The notes beneath the pieces are model-generated. The model had not been told where the DNA came from. It searched no databases and saw only the letters and a program-made list of their open reading frames with translations. This document shows, piece after piece, positions 49,720 through 61,068 of a DNA stretch of 64,000 nt. The DNA comes from an uncultured delta proteobacterium. Its GTDB lineage: Bacteria; Desulfobacterota; Desulfobacteria; Desulfobacterales; JAFDCJ01. Within the stretch, counting starts at the first letter, position 1. Every line of letters begins with the position of its first letter. The DNA lies in contig CAVYNY010000011.1 in assembly GCA_963769935.1 (NCBI GenBank), positions 416,001 to 480,000 of the forward strand, written 5' to 3'. The position numbers and the translations under genes are program-made.

Positions 49720-49746
49720 TTCTCTCTCCTTTCAAACACCAACTTT

Positions 49747-49938
49747 TCAAATAGGATATGCCGTCACAAATCGCGGACAGGCATCTTGAGGATCAATTAC
49801 CCAAACGGTACGCAACTGTACAGATGTTCCCTTAGGTGTAACAAGTTCTCCATCTATAACATACTTTGTCCCGAAATCGGCGGCGATTTCTTGGAAAACG
49901 GCGTCAGATCGGGCAATCATTACCAACGAATCTGCCAA
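49747..49938 (-). pseudogene. DUF6883-like 3' fragment
   Basis: FGTKYVIDGELVTPKG...RTVWVID...PRFVTAYP; typical partner of DUF4926. Confidence 0.6.
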
Positions 49939-49977
49939 GCCATCAGTATTTTCTGCTTTATAACCAATAGTTCTGCC

Positions 49978-50298
49978 TTAAAGCGCGAGTTGGGTGGCAA
50001 TTGCTTTGCCGATACCTTCCATCTCGGTGGAAGATATCGAGCCTGCCGAATTGATAAGCCGTTTTTTGCTTACCGTGGTGAGCTGATCTGCCATCGCCTT
50101 AGCCTTTTTACCACGAAACGTCACATAGGCTTCACTTGGGAAAAGTTTATCAACACTGCTTGTTAAGGGCACAACTTGAACTCTGTTCAAATAATGATTG
50201 GCAGCATCATTGCTTACGATGACGGCTGGTCTCTGTTTGCGGATCTCACCTCCGATGGAAGGATCGAAATTAACCCACCATACTTCACCTCTCTTCAT
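49978..50298 (-). CDS. mazF: MazF/PemK toxin
   Basis: MKRGEVWWVNFDPSIGGEIRKQRPAVIVSND, VVPLTS. Confidence 0.92.
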   Translation of the reverse strand: MKRGEVWWVNFDPSIGGEIRKQRPAVIVSNDAANHYLNRVQVVPLTSSVDKLFPSEAYVTFRGKKAKAMADQLTTVSKKRLINSAGSISSTEMEGIGKAIATQLAL

Positions 50299-50515
50299 CG
50301 CCAAAATCTCCAGTCGTACCTTCGGCCCACTCAAGGGCTTCAGACTCTCTTATTTGATCAGCAGCCATCTCTTCATACGCAGCATACATATCTTTTTTTA
50401 CAACATGCGGGCGTACTAAGTCCTCAATAAAGCGGCTGATTTTTCGTGGTCCGATGACGGTTCGCAAACCTTCATAAACCTCTTCGTCGATGGTTACTGT
50501 AAGTTTCTTTTGCAT
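50285..50515 (-). CDS. Cognate antitoxin (ribbon-helix-helix type)
   Basis: MQKKLTVTIDEEVYEGL; overlaps the mazF start; GGAGG RBS. Confidence 0.8.
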   Translation of the reverse strand: MQKKLTVTIDEEVYEGLRTVIGPRKISRFIEDLVRPHVVKKDMYAAYEEMAADQIRESEALEWAEGTTGDFGDEER

Positions 50516-51170
50516 TACGAGCACCTCCTTAAATATTACACGTATAATAACACGTGCAATTTGCGGGGTCAAGAGGTCAGAAATATCCTTACGATGCAGA
50601 ATCGCTGCGGATCAGCAGCAATCCCGCAGGCAAGCTTGCTTGCCGGTGGGATTGACTGCTGAATCCGCTGGTTGTGAGGCGCAGCGCGCCGAGCAGCCTG
50701 CGGATGATCATCCGCAGCGATTGTCGAGGACGCGCAGCGTCCTCGACAACCAGTGATTGAGTAGTTTCCGTTTATCATCCAGCAACAAAATAAACCCATT
50801 GTTTAAGCGCTAAAAAAGTGACAAAAATGCTATTTTTTAACAGGTTTCCAACTGTTTAACATGCATTAGGTCATAATATGCGGAGGCCGGTTAAATACAC
50901 ATCAAAGCCTGTCTGCTGATTTAGCTCTGAGTTTCAAAGTTTTATTGGTTCCCAAAGATATACCAAAAGGAAATCAACCTCATTATTGAACCGGACGGCT
51001 TTTAAATTCTCCACAAAAAATCCCGCTATCTTTTTGAGAAGCGGGATTTTTGATTGCGCTGCATCATTTATTCTCCTATGTCGGGCTAAAGAATGAATGC
51101 AGAAGCCGGATGAAGAGCTCCGAGCTCCGGAAGCGATGACGCCATCGTATCGAAAAAAATCAAAAAAATC

Positions 51171-51208
51171 AATGTTGACAATAAAACCCCCTTTCGTTAT
51201 CCGGATAG
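51171..51208 (+). repeat. 38-bp direct repeat, copy 2
   Basis: AATGTTGACAATAAAACCCCCTTTCGTTATCCGGATAG. Confidence 0.9.
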
Positions 51209-51399
51209 AAATAGTGATTTGGCTCGTATAATTCGCGCTTCTAAATGTCGGGCTGCCTTGTCCCGGCGTAGCTCGACCTGTCGGGTCGTAGCTGAAAGCG
51301 AAGCCCAAAGAGCGAAGTCGGAAGCTGAAGCCGGTGCATAATTATCAAGGTAAGCACCGGAAAGGCAATTTTTTGTCGTGTAGCTTTAACCTGAACTAA

Positions 51400-51555
51400 G
51401 GGCTCACTCAAAAATAACTTCACATTTTATACGCCGCTGCATCCCGCCTGGCTGCGTGGCGAAAGCTCGGCATATCCAGATATTCCTGCGTTTTCGCGCC
51501 TTGCCAGCCGGGCGCCGCAACGACTAAAATTGTGAACTTATTTTTTCGTGAACCC
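51400..51555 (-). mobile_element. 156-bp MITE, copy 2, with TAA target duplication
   Basis: Diverged reverse complement of 41901-42056. Confidence 0.85.
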
Positions 51556-51828
51556 TAAGCGATTTCCAAGTACTTGCACGCTGTCCGGACGGGTGTAAAG
51601 CCCGCCCCTACGATACGTTGCTTAACCTGCCAGGCAGGGGCGAGGTTTATCCGCCTCAGGAGGATTTATCCTCACCTTCACAAAACCAGGCCATCGTTCT
51701 AATCTTGGCGTTGTTAGGTTTATGATTGATCGGGAACCAAATGGCAAAGCATAAATCGGTTACCATCCGGCGCAGTCTGCTGAAATCTGAACGCCCGGGA
51801 GCAGGCCTGCCGGGTCTATGGAGCGAAC

Positions 51829-52047
51829 ATGCCGCCTTTGGGCGCATTTGAAGACGTGACGATCATTCTGCCCGAACCGATTGCGATGACACCCGGCGAT
51901 ATTTTCGCCGCCCTATCAGACGGTCTGATCGAGGCGGTCGATCCGGCCGGCAACCTATTCGGCAAGGAGCGTATCATGGGGGTTCTCAAGGCCTGCCGCA
52001 TGGCTGCGGCCGAAGACATTCTGCCGGACCGGGTGTGGCCCGGTTAA
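51829..52047 (+). pseudogene. SpoIIE/PP2C phosphatase C-terminal fragment
   Basis: PPLG...PGDIFAALSDGLIEA...GNLFGKERI. Confidence 0.6.
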
Positions 52048-52307
52048 TCGCCATCCGGCACCTGCTCGCTGGCGGGTATTTTTTCACCCGGCGCCCAAGT
52101 GTCAAAAGAGCTGGGCCTTATAGTTTCGCCTTTGCGGACCAGGTTTTTCACCCATACGACCCGGGTGCGGCATTCCCAGACTCTTCTGCCCAACCGTTTT
52201 TGCCTTTCCTTCAGGGCTTTCTCGGCGGTCTTTCTGCTCTTGTGAACCGAGATAACCTCTTTTTCACGAATTGACGGATCGAATTCGTCATAAATTAAGG
52301 CATACAT
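52044..52307 (-). CDS. Hypothetical protein (87 aa)
   Basis: GGAGG RBS; coupled to the upstream kinase gene. Confidence 0.6.
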   Translation of the reverse strand: MYALIYDEFDPSIREKEVISVHKSRKTAEKALKERQKRLGRRVWECRTRVVWVKNLVRKGETIRPSSFDTWAPGEKIPASEQVPDGD

Positions 52308-53466
52308 GACGATACCTCCTTTTCTTTCGTCATTTTGGCGGATTCGGGCAGCTTCCTGGGTATTTTTACACTGAACAAAGAGCCCTGACCCAGGGTGGAC
52401 TTGACCTCGATCCTTCCGCCGTGCTGCTCGACAATTTTATTGGCAATAAAAAGCCCCAGCCCCGTTCCCTTGTTCCCTTTTGAGGAAAAAAGCGGCGTAA
52501 ACAGTTTGGCCAGCGTCTGATCATCCATGCCGATGCCGGTATCGTGCACATCGAAGCGGATATAATCTTTGTGATACCGGATCGTAAATGCAATTTTGTG
52601 GGACGCCTTTGAGGGGTCCCGCAGGCAGGCATCGATCGCATTTTCAAAAATGTTGATCAGGGCCGCATGGACATAGCTCGTATCGATCTCGAACTGTCCC
52701 GCTTTGGCGTCGAAATCCGTGACAAATTCTATGTCGTGCGCTTTTATTTTGTGTTCAACTACCCGGGCGACTTCGTCTGCAAAACTCAGGGCATCGATGC
52801 GTTCCCAATTTAAATCTCTTTCCTTGGCGTAAAAAAGAATGTCGGTCACCATCTTGCGAATGCGTTCCACCATCGATTTGGTGACTTCCCAGCCTTCGTC
52901 GATCCGCTGCCGATCATTTTTGGCAAAGCCGGAGTCCAGCAGATACATGCCGGCATCCAGGCCGGTCAGCAGCCCCTTGATACCGTGGGATATGGATCCG
53001 ATCATCAATCCCAACGTCGACAGGTGGCTTTGCAGTTCGGTCTTTTCTTTGATCAGAGTTTCAAGGCTTTCGGTATATTCTCTTAATTTTTGGCGGGTCA
53101 GAATGCGCTCTTTCAGCCCGCTGCAGCGCAATTTCCATCACATCTACGTTGATGGGTTTGACAATGAAATCCGTTGCTGCATACTTTAAGCTGCGGATGG
53201 CCAGGTCCATGTCGCCATGACCGGTAATCATGATGACCTCGGTTTCCGGATTTTCGTGTTTTACTTTTTGCAACAGCGCGATACCGTCCATGACGGGCAT
53301 CTTTATGTCGGTCATCACGATCCAGGGCTGCACATCCCTGAAGATGCGCAAGGCCTGGTCGCCATTTTCGGCCTCATAGACGTGATACCCCATGTCGCCA
53401 AGCGACAAGCTGAGAACCTCCCGAATATCGGGTTCATCATCGACGAGCAGTACTGATTATTTCCAT
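52295..53466 (-). CDS. Hybrid receiver + histidine kinase (frameshifts near 53455 and 53110)
   Basis: VLLVDDE...TDIKMP...ITGHG...KP receiver; SISHGIKG, ENAIDA, DTGIG, GTGLGL. Confidence 0.8.
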
Positions 53467-55755
53467 TGTTCTTTTCCCGACACCGGAAAGGTTATAATAA
53501 AACATGCACCCTCGGGCTTATGGGGGGCAACCCGAATCGCTCCGCCGCAGTCTTTGACGATTCCATAGCTGATGGAAAGGCCCAGGCCCGTGCCCTTGCC
53601 GACTTCTTTGGTCGTAAAAAAAGGTTCAAAAATTTTGTTGACCAGCGCCGGGGGGACCCCCGTGCCGGTATCACAGACTTCACAGACAATAAAGGAGCCC
53701 TCGCGTCTGGTTTTAAGGATAATTTTTTTATCCGCATCGGCGGTTTCCTGCGGACCCCAATGTTCTTCAATCGCATCCCTGGCATTGATCAGAAGGTTGA
53801 TAAAAACCTGTTCCAATCGGGCGGGATCCGCATTAATTTTTGGCAGGCTTTTTTCTATTTCCCAAACCACACGGATGCCTCTTAATTTCAGTTGTTGACT
53901 GAAAATTTCAAAGGCTTTTTCCAGCACTTCGTTAACCTGAACCTTCTCGAAATCCATTTCGGACTTCCGTGCAAATTGCCGCATATGATTAATTATTTTG
54001 CTGGCCCGATCTACATTGCTGTCAATTTTGCGGACCATTTTACTAAGGATCTCATCTTCGAGCGGCTCCTCTTTGTCCATTTTTTTAATAAAGAAGCTGC
54101 TGGCGGTTTTAATCACCGAAAGGGGCTGGTTGAGCTCGTGGGCGATGCCGGTGGCCATCTCTCCTAAGGTCGCCATTTTGCTGGCCTGGATTAACTGCTG
54201 CTCGGCTTCTAGTCGTTTGGTTATATCGCTGGTGGTGACCAGAAGTACTTTTCTGCCCGGGTACTCGGCCGGCGAAATTCGTATGTTCACAAAAAGAAGC
54301 AACCCCTTATGATTTAATTGCTTTGCCTGGGTAATCTCCGTCGACTGTCTTCATCATGTCCGCATAATGCTTGCGCTCCTCTTCCGGAAACAAATCCATA
54401 AATGAGGTGTTGATGATATTGTGTTTGGTAAAACCGTAAACGACTTCGACACTATCGTTGCAGTCGATAATATCAAACGTATCCATATCCAGGACAAACA
54501 CCGGGTTCGGAATGTTATTGAAGATTTCATGGTATTTTTTCTCGGATTTCTCCAACTGGTCTTCAAGCTGTTTGCGCTGCGTGATATCCAAGCTCATCTC
54601 AATGGCCGCTACGATATCCCCCTTGGCATTTTTTATCGGAGACGTTCTCAGCATCCAGTGGACCGGGGTTCCATCCCTGTTCACCCCCGTCTCCTCACCA
54701 TAATGGGTATGGCCATCTTCAAAGGTGCGTTCAACCGGGCAGTTGGGACATTTGTCTGTGAGTCCCTTATAGGCATGATAGCAATAATCACCGGGCCGGG
54801 GATCAAACCGTTTGGCGAATTCGTAGTTATAGCGCAATAAATTAAAGTTCCTGTCCTGAACGGTAATCAGGCAAGGGGCCCGTTCGAACAGGGTTTGATA
54901 CTCATCCCGCTGTTCATTCAACTCTGCCTGTTTTTCGGCAATTTTTTCACTCATCTGGTTGATGGCAGCCGCAAGTTCTCCCATTTCATCGACCTGGTCA
55001 ATATCCACCCTGCTGGGATACACTCCCTTGGCGATGCTGCGGGTTCCATCGATTAGTTTCCGGATCGGTTGATTGACAAACCGCAATTGGAAAAGAAAAA
55101 TGATGGCGGATGTCACCAGGAATATTGCACCGGCCAGACCAACCGCTGCTTTTTCAGTCAAAAAGATCTCCTTATCCGGTTCTTCCAGCGAGACCACGAC
55201 ATCAAGTGCGCCCAGAATTTTCTTGCCTGCCGGATGAATATGACAGGCATCGGTGGCACACCCCGGCTCATTGCAGATCGGACTGATAATTCCAAGCAAC
55301 CGGTATCCTTTGGGGGAGTTAAATATCCGAGTTCTTTCCCCCAGGCTGAGGGTCGACAGCGGTGGTTCCGACCGGTGACAGATATAGCAGGCTTCAGCTT
55401 TTATATTGGTGGTGGTATCAATTTCCGTCGACCGGTTGGAATATTTGATTTCTCCCTCTTTATTATAGATGCGGATGCTTGCGATCTCTTTCTGTCTGCC
55501 GATATTATTGATGATCTGGTTGATGTCATCCCGGGAGTTCAACATCATGGCATAATGAGTGCCGAGTTTGATGGTGTTGGTCAGCCGGTCGGTTCCCACT
55601 ACGATATTTTCCAACAGCTTTTTTTCTTGATAATTGATGTTAAAGTAAGCCCAGGTGGAAATGGTAACCAGCAAGGTCAGGCCGACGGCTAAAATGATCT
55701 TGGAAACCAAACTGCGGCGAATATTTTGAATTGGTTTGAATGCCATTGTCTTCAC
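53457..55755 (-). CDS. Membrane HAMP-PAS-PAS histidine kinase with a periplasmic CxxCH-type motif (frameshift near 54310-54345)
   Basis: CYICH and CATDACH between two TMs, HAMP DEMGELA, PAS domains, [19 protein letters not shown]. Confidence 0.8.
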
Positions 55756-55857
55756 ACGAATGAATATCTATAAAGCAATTTATAGGTGCCCCGCTAACCC
55801 GGGATTTCCAACGCGTGCCGTCCCGCTTGTCCAGATCAGGTCAATTTATGCTGTAAA

Positions 55858-56733
55858 TTACAATTTAGCGGCAAGCTTCTCGCGAAAGCTATCGGTAATG
55901 GACAGGTTCAAATCAAACCGCAGATCCTTCTCGGACAATCCCAGGGCAAGTCCGATAAGCTGGGGAAGATAAAGAACCGTCATGCGCAGATCTTCGTTCT
56001 GCATGCAGCTGATCTTATGCTGGTAGGCCTCCAGGTTCATCTGGCACATGGGGCAAACGGTGACGATCGCGTCAGCCCCTTTAGCCCCTTGCAAGATGGC
56101 AGCCACGAGCTCCCGGCCCACAGCCATCTCCGTATTCATGTGGGAAGCTCCACAACACTTTCCGCCCATGTTCCAGGGATGCACTTCGGCACCGGCAGTT
56201 TCGATCAAGGGTTCCATTGAGCGCGGGTCTTCAGGATCATCAAAAACCACATAAGGCCGCAGGCACTGACAGCCATAATACGGTGCAATCCGAAAGCCCG
56301 TCAGCGCTCTTTTTAGATTATTGCGAATGGTTTCCGGACCCACATCGTTGACGATGACATCAAGAAGATGCCGCACGTGAAGCCGGCCGCTGATTTGTAA
56401 CTGATCTTCATTTAAAATGGAGTTTAGTTTTTTTAAAATTGCAGGTTCACTTCTTATCTTTGCCTCTACTCTTTTTAAATTTAGATAACAGGCACTGCAC
56501 GGGACCAGTATGTCCCTCACTTCATCCGTTTTTTCCGCAATGGCTATATTTCGTGCCGGAAGCGCCAGGGATAAAAGATCGCTAATAGAATCGGCCGCAC
56601 TGGCCCCGCAACACGTCCAGTCTTCGATTTCCAGTAATTCCACGCCCAACGACGCCATCAGCGCCCGGGTGGATTGGTTGTATTCCAGTGCCGTTCCCTC
56701 CAGTGAGCAGCCGGGATAGTACTGATATTTCAT
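55858..56733 (-). CDS. hdrB: Heterodisulfide reductase subunit B-like
   Basis: YYPGC, WTCCGA, YYGC, CCG, CPMCQMNL. Confidence 0.9.
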   Translation of the reverse strand: MKYQYYPGCSLEGTALEYNQSTRALMASLGVELLEIEDWTCCGASAADSISDLLSLALPARNIAIAEKTDEVRDILVPCSACYLNLKRVEAKIRSEPAILKKLNSILNEDQLQISGRLHVRHLLDVIVNDVGPETIRNNLKRALTGFRIAPYYGCQCLRPYVVFDDPEDPRSMEPLIETAGAEVHPWNMGGKCCGASHMNTEMAVGRELVAAILQGAKGADAIVTVCPMCQMNLEAYQHKISCMQNEDLRMTVLYLPQLIGLALGLSEKDLRFDLNLSITDSFREKLAAKL

Positions 56734-57302
56734 AACCTTTCCTCCAGTTCCGCGACTTTACGGAAAATCGATTCCAGAGGACGCTCCCGCCTTATAGACG
56801 GCAGCATTGAAACCTTGCCTTTAAGCATAAGCTTGATCCCCAACGGGGCAAATCGCAGGGGAATCAAGGGATTTTTCAAAGCAGCAAAATACATTGCCAT
56901 AAACTCGGTCTCATTAACCCGCCCGTGCTGCCGCACGCTTCGGATAAAACTTTTGTAAAACTGAACACTGTGCTTGTATCGGGGAAGATTATGTCTAGCC
57001 GCGATTTGTTTGAGGGCCTCCATGGCCCCGGTAAGAGGCAGCCCCCTGGGACACCGCAGCGTGCAACAATAGCAGGCCGAACACAGCGCAAATGTTTTAC
57101 TCTGAAAGATCTCTGCAGTTTGATCCATCAATACCATGCGCCACAAATGCCGCGGTGTATAGTCCATGGCGAATTCATTGGGGCAGGAGCCGGTGCAGGT
57201 GCCGCATTGGATGCAGGCCCGGACCATTTCCTGAACAGGAGCCAAATTAACGGAAGCTTGAACTGTTTCGTTACTTCTTTTGAAATTTATTGCTATATTC
57301 AT
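56730..57302 (-). CDS. hdrC: Heterodisulfide reductase subunit C-like
   Basis: CIQCGTCTGSCP; CSACYCCTLRCP. Confidence 0.88.
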   Translation of the reverse strand: MNIAINFKRSNETVQASVNLAPVQEMVRACIQCGTCTGSCPNEFAMDYTPRHLWRMVLMDQTAEIFQSKTFALCSACYCCTLRCPRGLPLTGAMEALKQIAARHNLPRYKHSVQFYKSFIRSVRQHGRVNETEFMAMYFAALKNPLIPLRFAPLGIKLMLKGKVSMLPSIRRERPLESIFRKVAELEERL

Positions 57303-57321
57303 AGAAAAGTCCTTTAAGCAA

Positions 57322-60300
57322 TTAACGCATAGCCCAACCTATGGCGGCATCAATCATTTCAAACATCTGCTGTTCTTGAAAACCATCCAGGATTGAAGCG
57401 CTATTGGGGCATACCGCGGAACAGGAACCGCACCCCTGGCACATAACCGGATTAACCAGCACCTTTTCATGGTCGTAATCAATGGAGCGGGCCTCATAAG
57501 GGCATGCATCGATACATCTTTCACACAAACTACAAAGGCTATGGCGAACTTTTGCCACCACCTTTCCCGCCGGCAAGCGTTCACGAGAAAGAATTCTCAA
57601 AGCCCTCTGTGCTGCAGCTTCTGCAGTAGTAATCGATTCAGCAATATTTCGAGGAGAATGAGCCAACCCGCATGCAAAAACACCCTCTTTTAGCGAGTCA
57701 ACCGGCCGCCACTTGGATTCAGCCTCCTGGAAAAAACCGTCGCGGTCAAGTGTCGCACCAAAGGCTTCGGCCAGGTCCTGCGGCAGAATGGGAACCACGC
57801 CCGTGGCTAAAACCACAAGATCCGCCTGAATCTGGAGCTGTTGGCCGATGATCGGCTCCAAAACCGTCACGCTCAGGCCTGCTGGGTCAATTCGGACCCG
57901 AGGTTTTTCGTCAACTGAATACTGGATAAAGATTACACCGGCTTTGCGGGCCCGTGTGTAATAGGCTTCGGTAAACCCATAAGCCATCATGTCCCGATAG
58001 AGAATATATACGGCAAGCTCGGGATTTTTTTCCTTGAAATCCAGGGCATGTTTTAGGGAATTGGCGCAACACAGCCGGCTGCAATAATTGCGCGGTTCCT
58101 CGCGGGAGTCCACACATTGGATCATCACCACCGACGCCAATGCCGCCGGATCGATTTTATCGTCAACCAGCTTTTGTTCTAATTCTTTCTGGGTGATGAT
58201 GGATGGATTGGTACCATATCCATAAGAAGAGGTTACCGCCTCCGTCCCGCCCGTGGCCAAAATAGTCACACCATGCGCCAAGGTTTGTGCCGAATGTTGC
58301 GGGCCCTCCAAGGTGGTCAAAAAATTTCCTACCTGACCGATAGAACTGATAACCTGTGACTGGACATGAACATCAATCCTGGGATGCCTCTCAACCAGGA
58401 GACAAGTGTCCTCCATTAGTTTCGGGATTGAATGCCCTTCCAGGGTGCGCTTTAGCCAATTAAGATTTCCGCCCAACTGCTCTGCCTTTTCTACCAGATC
58501 CACCTCAAAGCCGTGATCGGCGATGGCCAGCGCTGCCGTCATGCCGGCTATCCCTCCACCGATAACCAACGCTTTTTGATTGATTGCAATGGTGGGAGCA
58601 GGCTCCGGTTCAACCCACTTCAGTTTGGCAACACCCATTTGCAGGGCCGACAGAAGATCAGCGGTTTTCGAATCCGTGCTTTTAAATTCCGCATTCCCTC
58701 CGGGGCGCAGGCCTATACGGGCCGGAGGCCGCATTCCCTCCGGGGCGTCGGCCCCTACTAAGGGCCGGAGGCCGCATTGCACATTCGTATCCACCACTTC
58801 CATCAGCGCCGGATCCAATCCCGCCTGTTGGGCCAGTTCATGAAGTTTGCGTTTATAAGCATAGGGCAGGCACGCGCCAATCAGGAGCCGGTTCGGCTTG
58901 TTTGTTTGCACCAGTTCCACCAGCTGCTCCCACCCGGCGGCCGTACAGGTTTGTTCCAGAAATTCAACCTGCTTTACCAGAGGGTTGGTTTTAAGGCGTC
59001 GCACAATTTCTGTCGGGTCATCAAATCCTGAAAGTTTGCCCCCGCAGGTACATATGACAGCCAGAATCCTGGGAATTTCACGCACCGCACCGGATATGGG
59101 TGGAGCCGGTTGCGGCTCCAACGCCAGACTGCCGCCGTTGGCATGAATCACCCGGGAGGCCGATAAGGCCGCAGCCGAGGCCTGGGTCACCGAGTCACTG
59201 ATGTCTTTAAGACCCGCGAATGAACCACCCAGCAAAATCCCGCTGCGGCTGGTTCGAGTCAGGGAAAGGGGAATGGTGTTCCCAAATCCCCATGGATTCA
59301 GCTCCAGACCCAACATTTCGGCCAACTCAGAAGTACCCTTGGCCGGACGCTGTCCGACGGCAAGCACCGCCATGTCGAAGTGTGACTCAATGGATTTTCC
59401 GGCAATGTCCACGCTGCGGATGATCATATCGCCGCTGGCAACATCTTGTACTATGGAGTGAACCCGAGCCCTTTCGAACCGCACATCATGAACGGTTTCG
59501 GCTTGTTCGCGGTAGCGTTGAAAGGCTTTGCCGTATGTTCGCATATCCATATAAAATATGGTCGTTGCCAGATCCGGGCTGATTTTTTCTTTCGCCAGGA
59601 CCGCTTCTTTGATGGACGCCATACAGCAGATGTTTGAGCAAAAATCGGCATTCGTCTGCAAATCCCGCGAGCCCACACATTGGATCCAGGCGATCCTGCG
59701 AAGCGGCTTTCCATCCAACGGCCGCACCGGCCTTCCCTGCAAGGGCCCGGTGCCGCTTAATAGGCGCTCAAACTCCAGGCTGGTGACAACATTGGGATAC
59801 CAGCCATAGCCGAATGGGTTCTTCGCGCCGGCCGGATCGTAAAAGGCCACGCCGCCGCAGAGCACCACAGCTCCGACGTCTATCTCACGACCTTCAGGCG
59901 CCACCAGATCCTGGTAAATTCGCAGGATCATGGGAATCAGGGTTGCGGGATCAAACGGCTTTACCAGATAATCCAGGGCACCGATTTTCATGGCTTCAAC
60001 CGCGGTTTCAACGGTTGCATAAGCGGTCATCATAATCACATTGATATCCGCAAATTGCTCCCTGGCCTTTTGCAGGACTTCTACCCCGTCCATGCCCGGC
60101 ATCTTTATATCCAGCAGCATCAATTGATATGCCTGCTTGGCCAGTTGATCCAAGGCCTCCGCACCGGAGCCGGCCATGTCTACGGCAAAACCTTCCTCTT
60201 CCAACCACTCCTTGAGGGAATCGCGCACGATGAGTTCGTCATCGACAACCAGAATGCGAAAGCCCTCTTTTTTCTTATCAGGCAGGCGAACGGCACTGCG

Positions 60301-60829
60301 TGGACAAGCCTCCATACAGGCCCTGCAGTGGGTACAGGCTGACCGAATCTATCATGTAGGGATTGGGAATGGCATGCGGCACCGGAAGGTAGATGGCTTT
60401 GCGCTTTGCCAGGCCGGCATTGAATTCGTCGGGGACCTCCACGGGGCAAACATGGGTGCACGCGCCGCAGCCGGTGCACAGATCGGGATTGACCCAATTC
60501 GGATGCTCCTTCAACCGGACCTGGAAACGGCCGGGCTCGCCGTCGATTGAAACCAGCTCGGTGCCAAGCAGTATGTCGATATTTTCATGGAATAGTCCCT
60601 TGCGCAGGCAAAATTGCGAGCCTGCATCCCGATCGACTAAAGGCAGCATTTTACACATACCGCAGCGGTCGGTGGGAAACTGATAGTCGAGCTGACTCAA
60701 GATACCGCCGATATGGGGGGACCGGTCTATCAGGGTGACGCCATACCCATATTCAGCCAGATCCAGCGCCGCCCGAATGCCGCTGATGCCTGCTCCCACG
60801 ACCAGCGCTTTGCCAATTTTGCGGTTCAT
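57322..60829 (-). CDS. hdrA: HdrA-like flavo-FeS protein with an embedded response-regulator receiver domain (frameshift near 60342)
   Basis: GAGISG, QCVGSR..CSNICC, GGGIAG, QCVDSR..CSRLCC, ferredoxin motifs; REC ILVVDD...LLDIKMP...MTAY...KP. Confidence 0.85.
58689..58778. repeat. Two tandem GC-rich repeat units in-frame within hdrA
   Basis: CCGCATTCCCTCCGGGGCG...GGGCCGGAGG occurs twice. Confidence 0.85.
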
Positions 60830-61068
60830 GAATGCCTCCGGATTTCCATGTTTCTTATTTAACCGTGCTTGAAAGAAATGAAATTGGTTTTGGCTATAAA
60901 TCCTAAAATTTCTAAAATTAAGATGTTAATTATCTTATGCTTTCCAATACGCAATCAATTCATTCCGAATTCCAATACTTCCCCTCTCACAATCCGAATT
61001 CTGTCCTCTATCTTCTGTCCTCTGTCCTCTGTCTTCTGTCCTCTCACTTCCCCATTCCGCCTTCCACT

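Noticed and set aside
51588..51656. GTAG-type REP doublet (GCCCCTAC...AGGGGCG)
   Set aside because: A single degenerate instance that cannot be supported without genome-wide counts.
49040..51800. Integron integrase or attI at the head of the array
   Set aside because: No ORF with tyrosine-recombinase motifs is visible, and attI cannot be assigned by eye.
60935..61068. C-terminal TEDRGQR repeat tail on the FdhB-like protein
   Set aside because: Read-through into a heptamer repeat caused by a frameshift near 61090.
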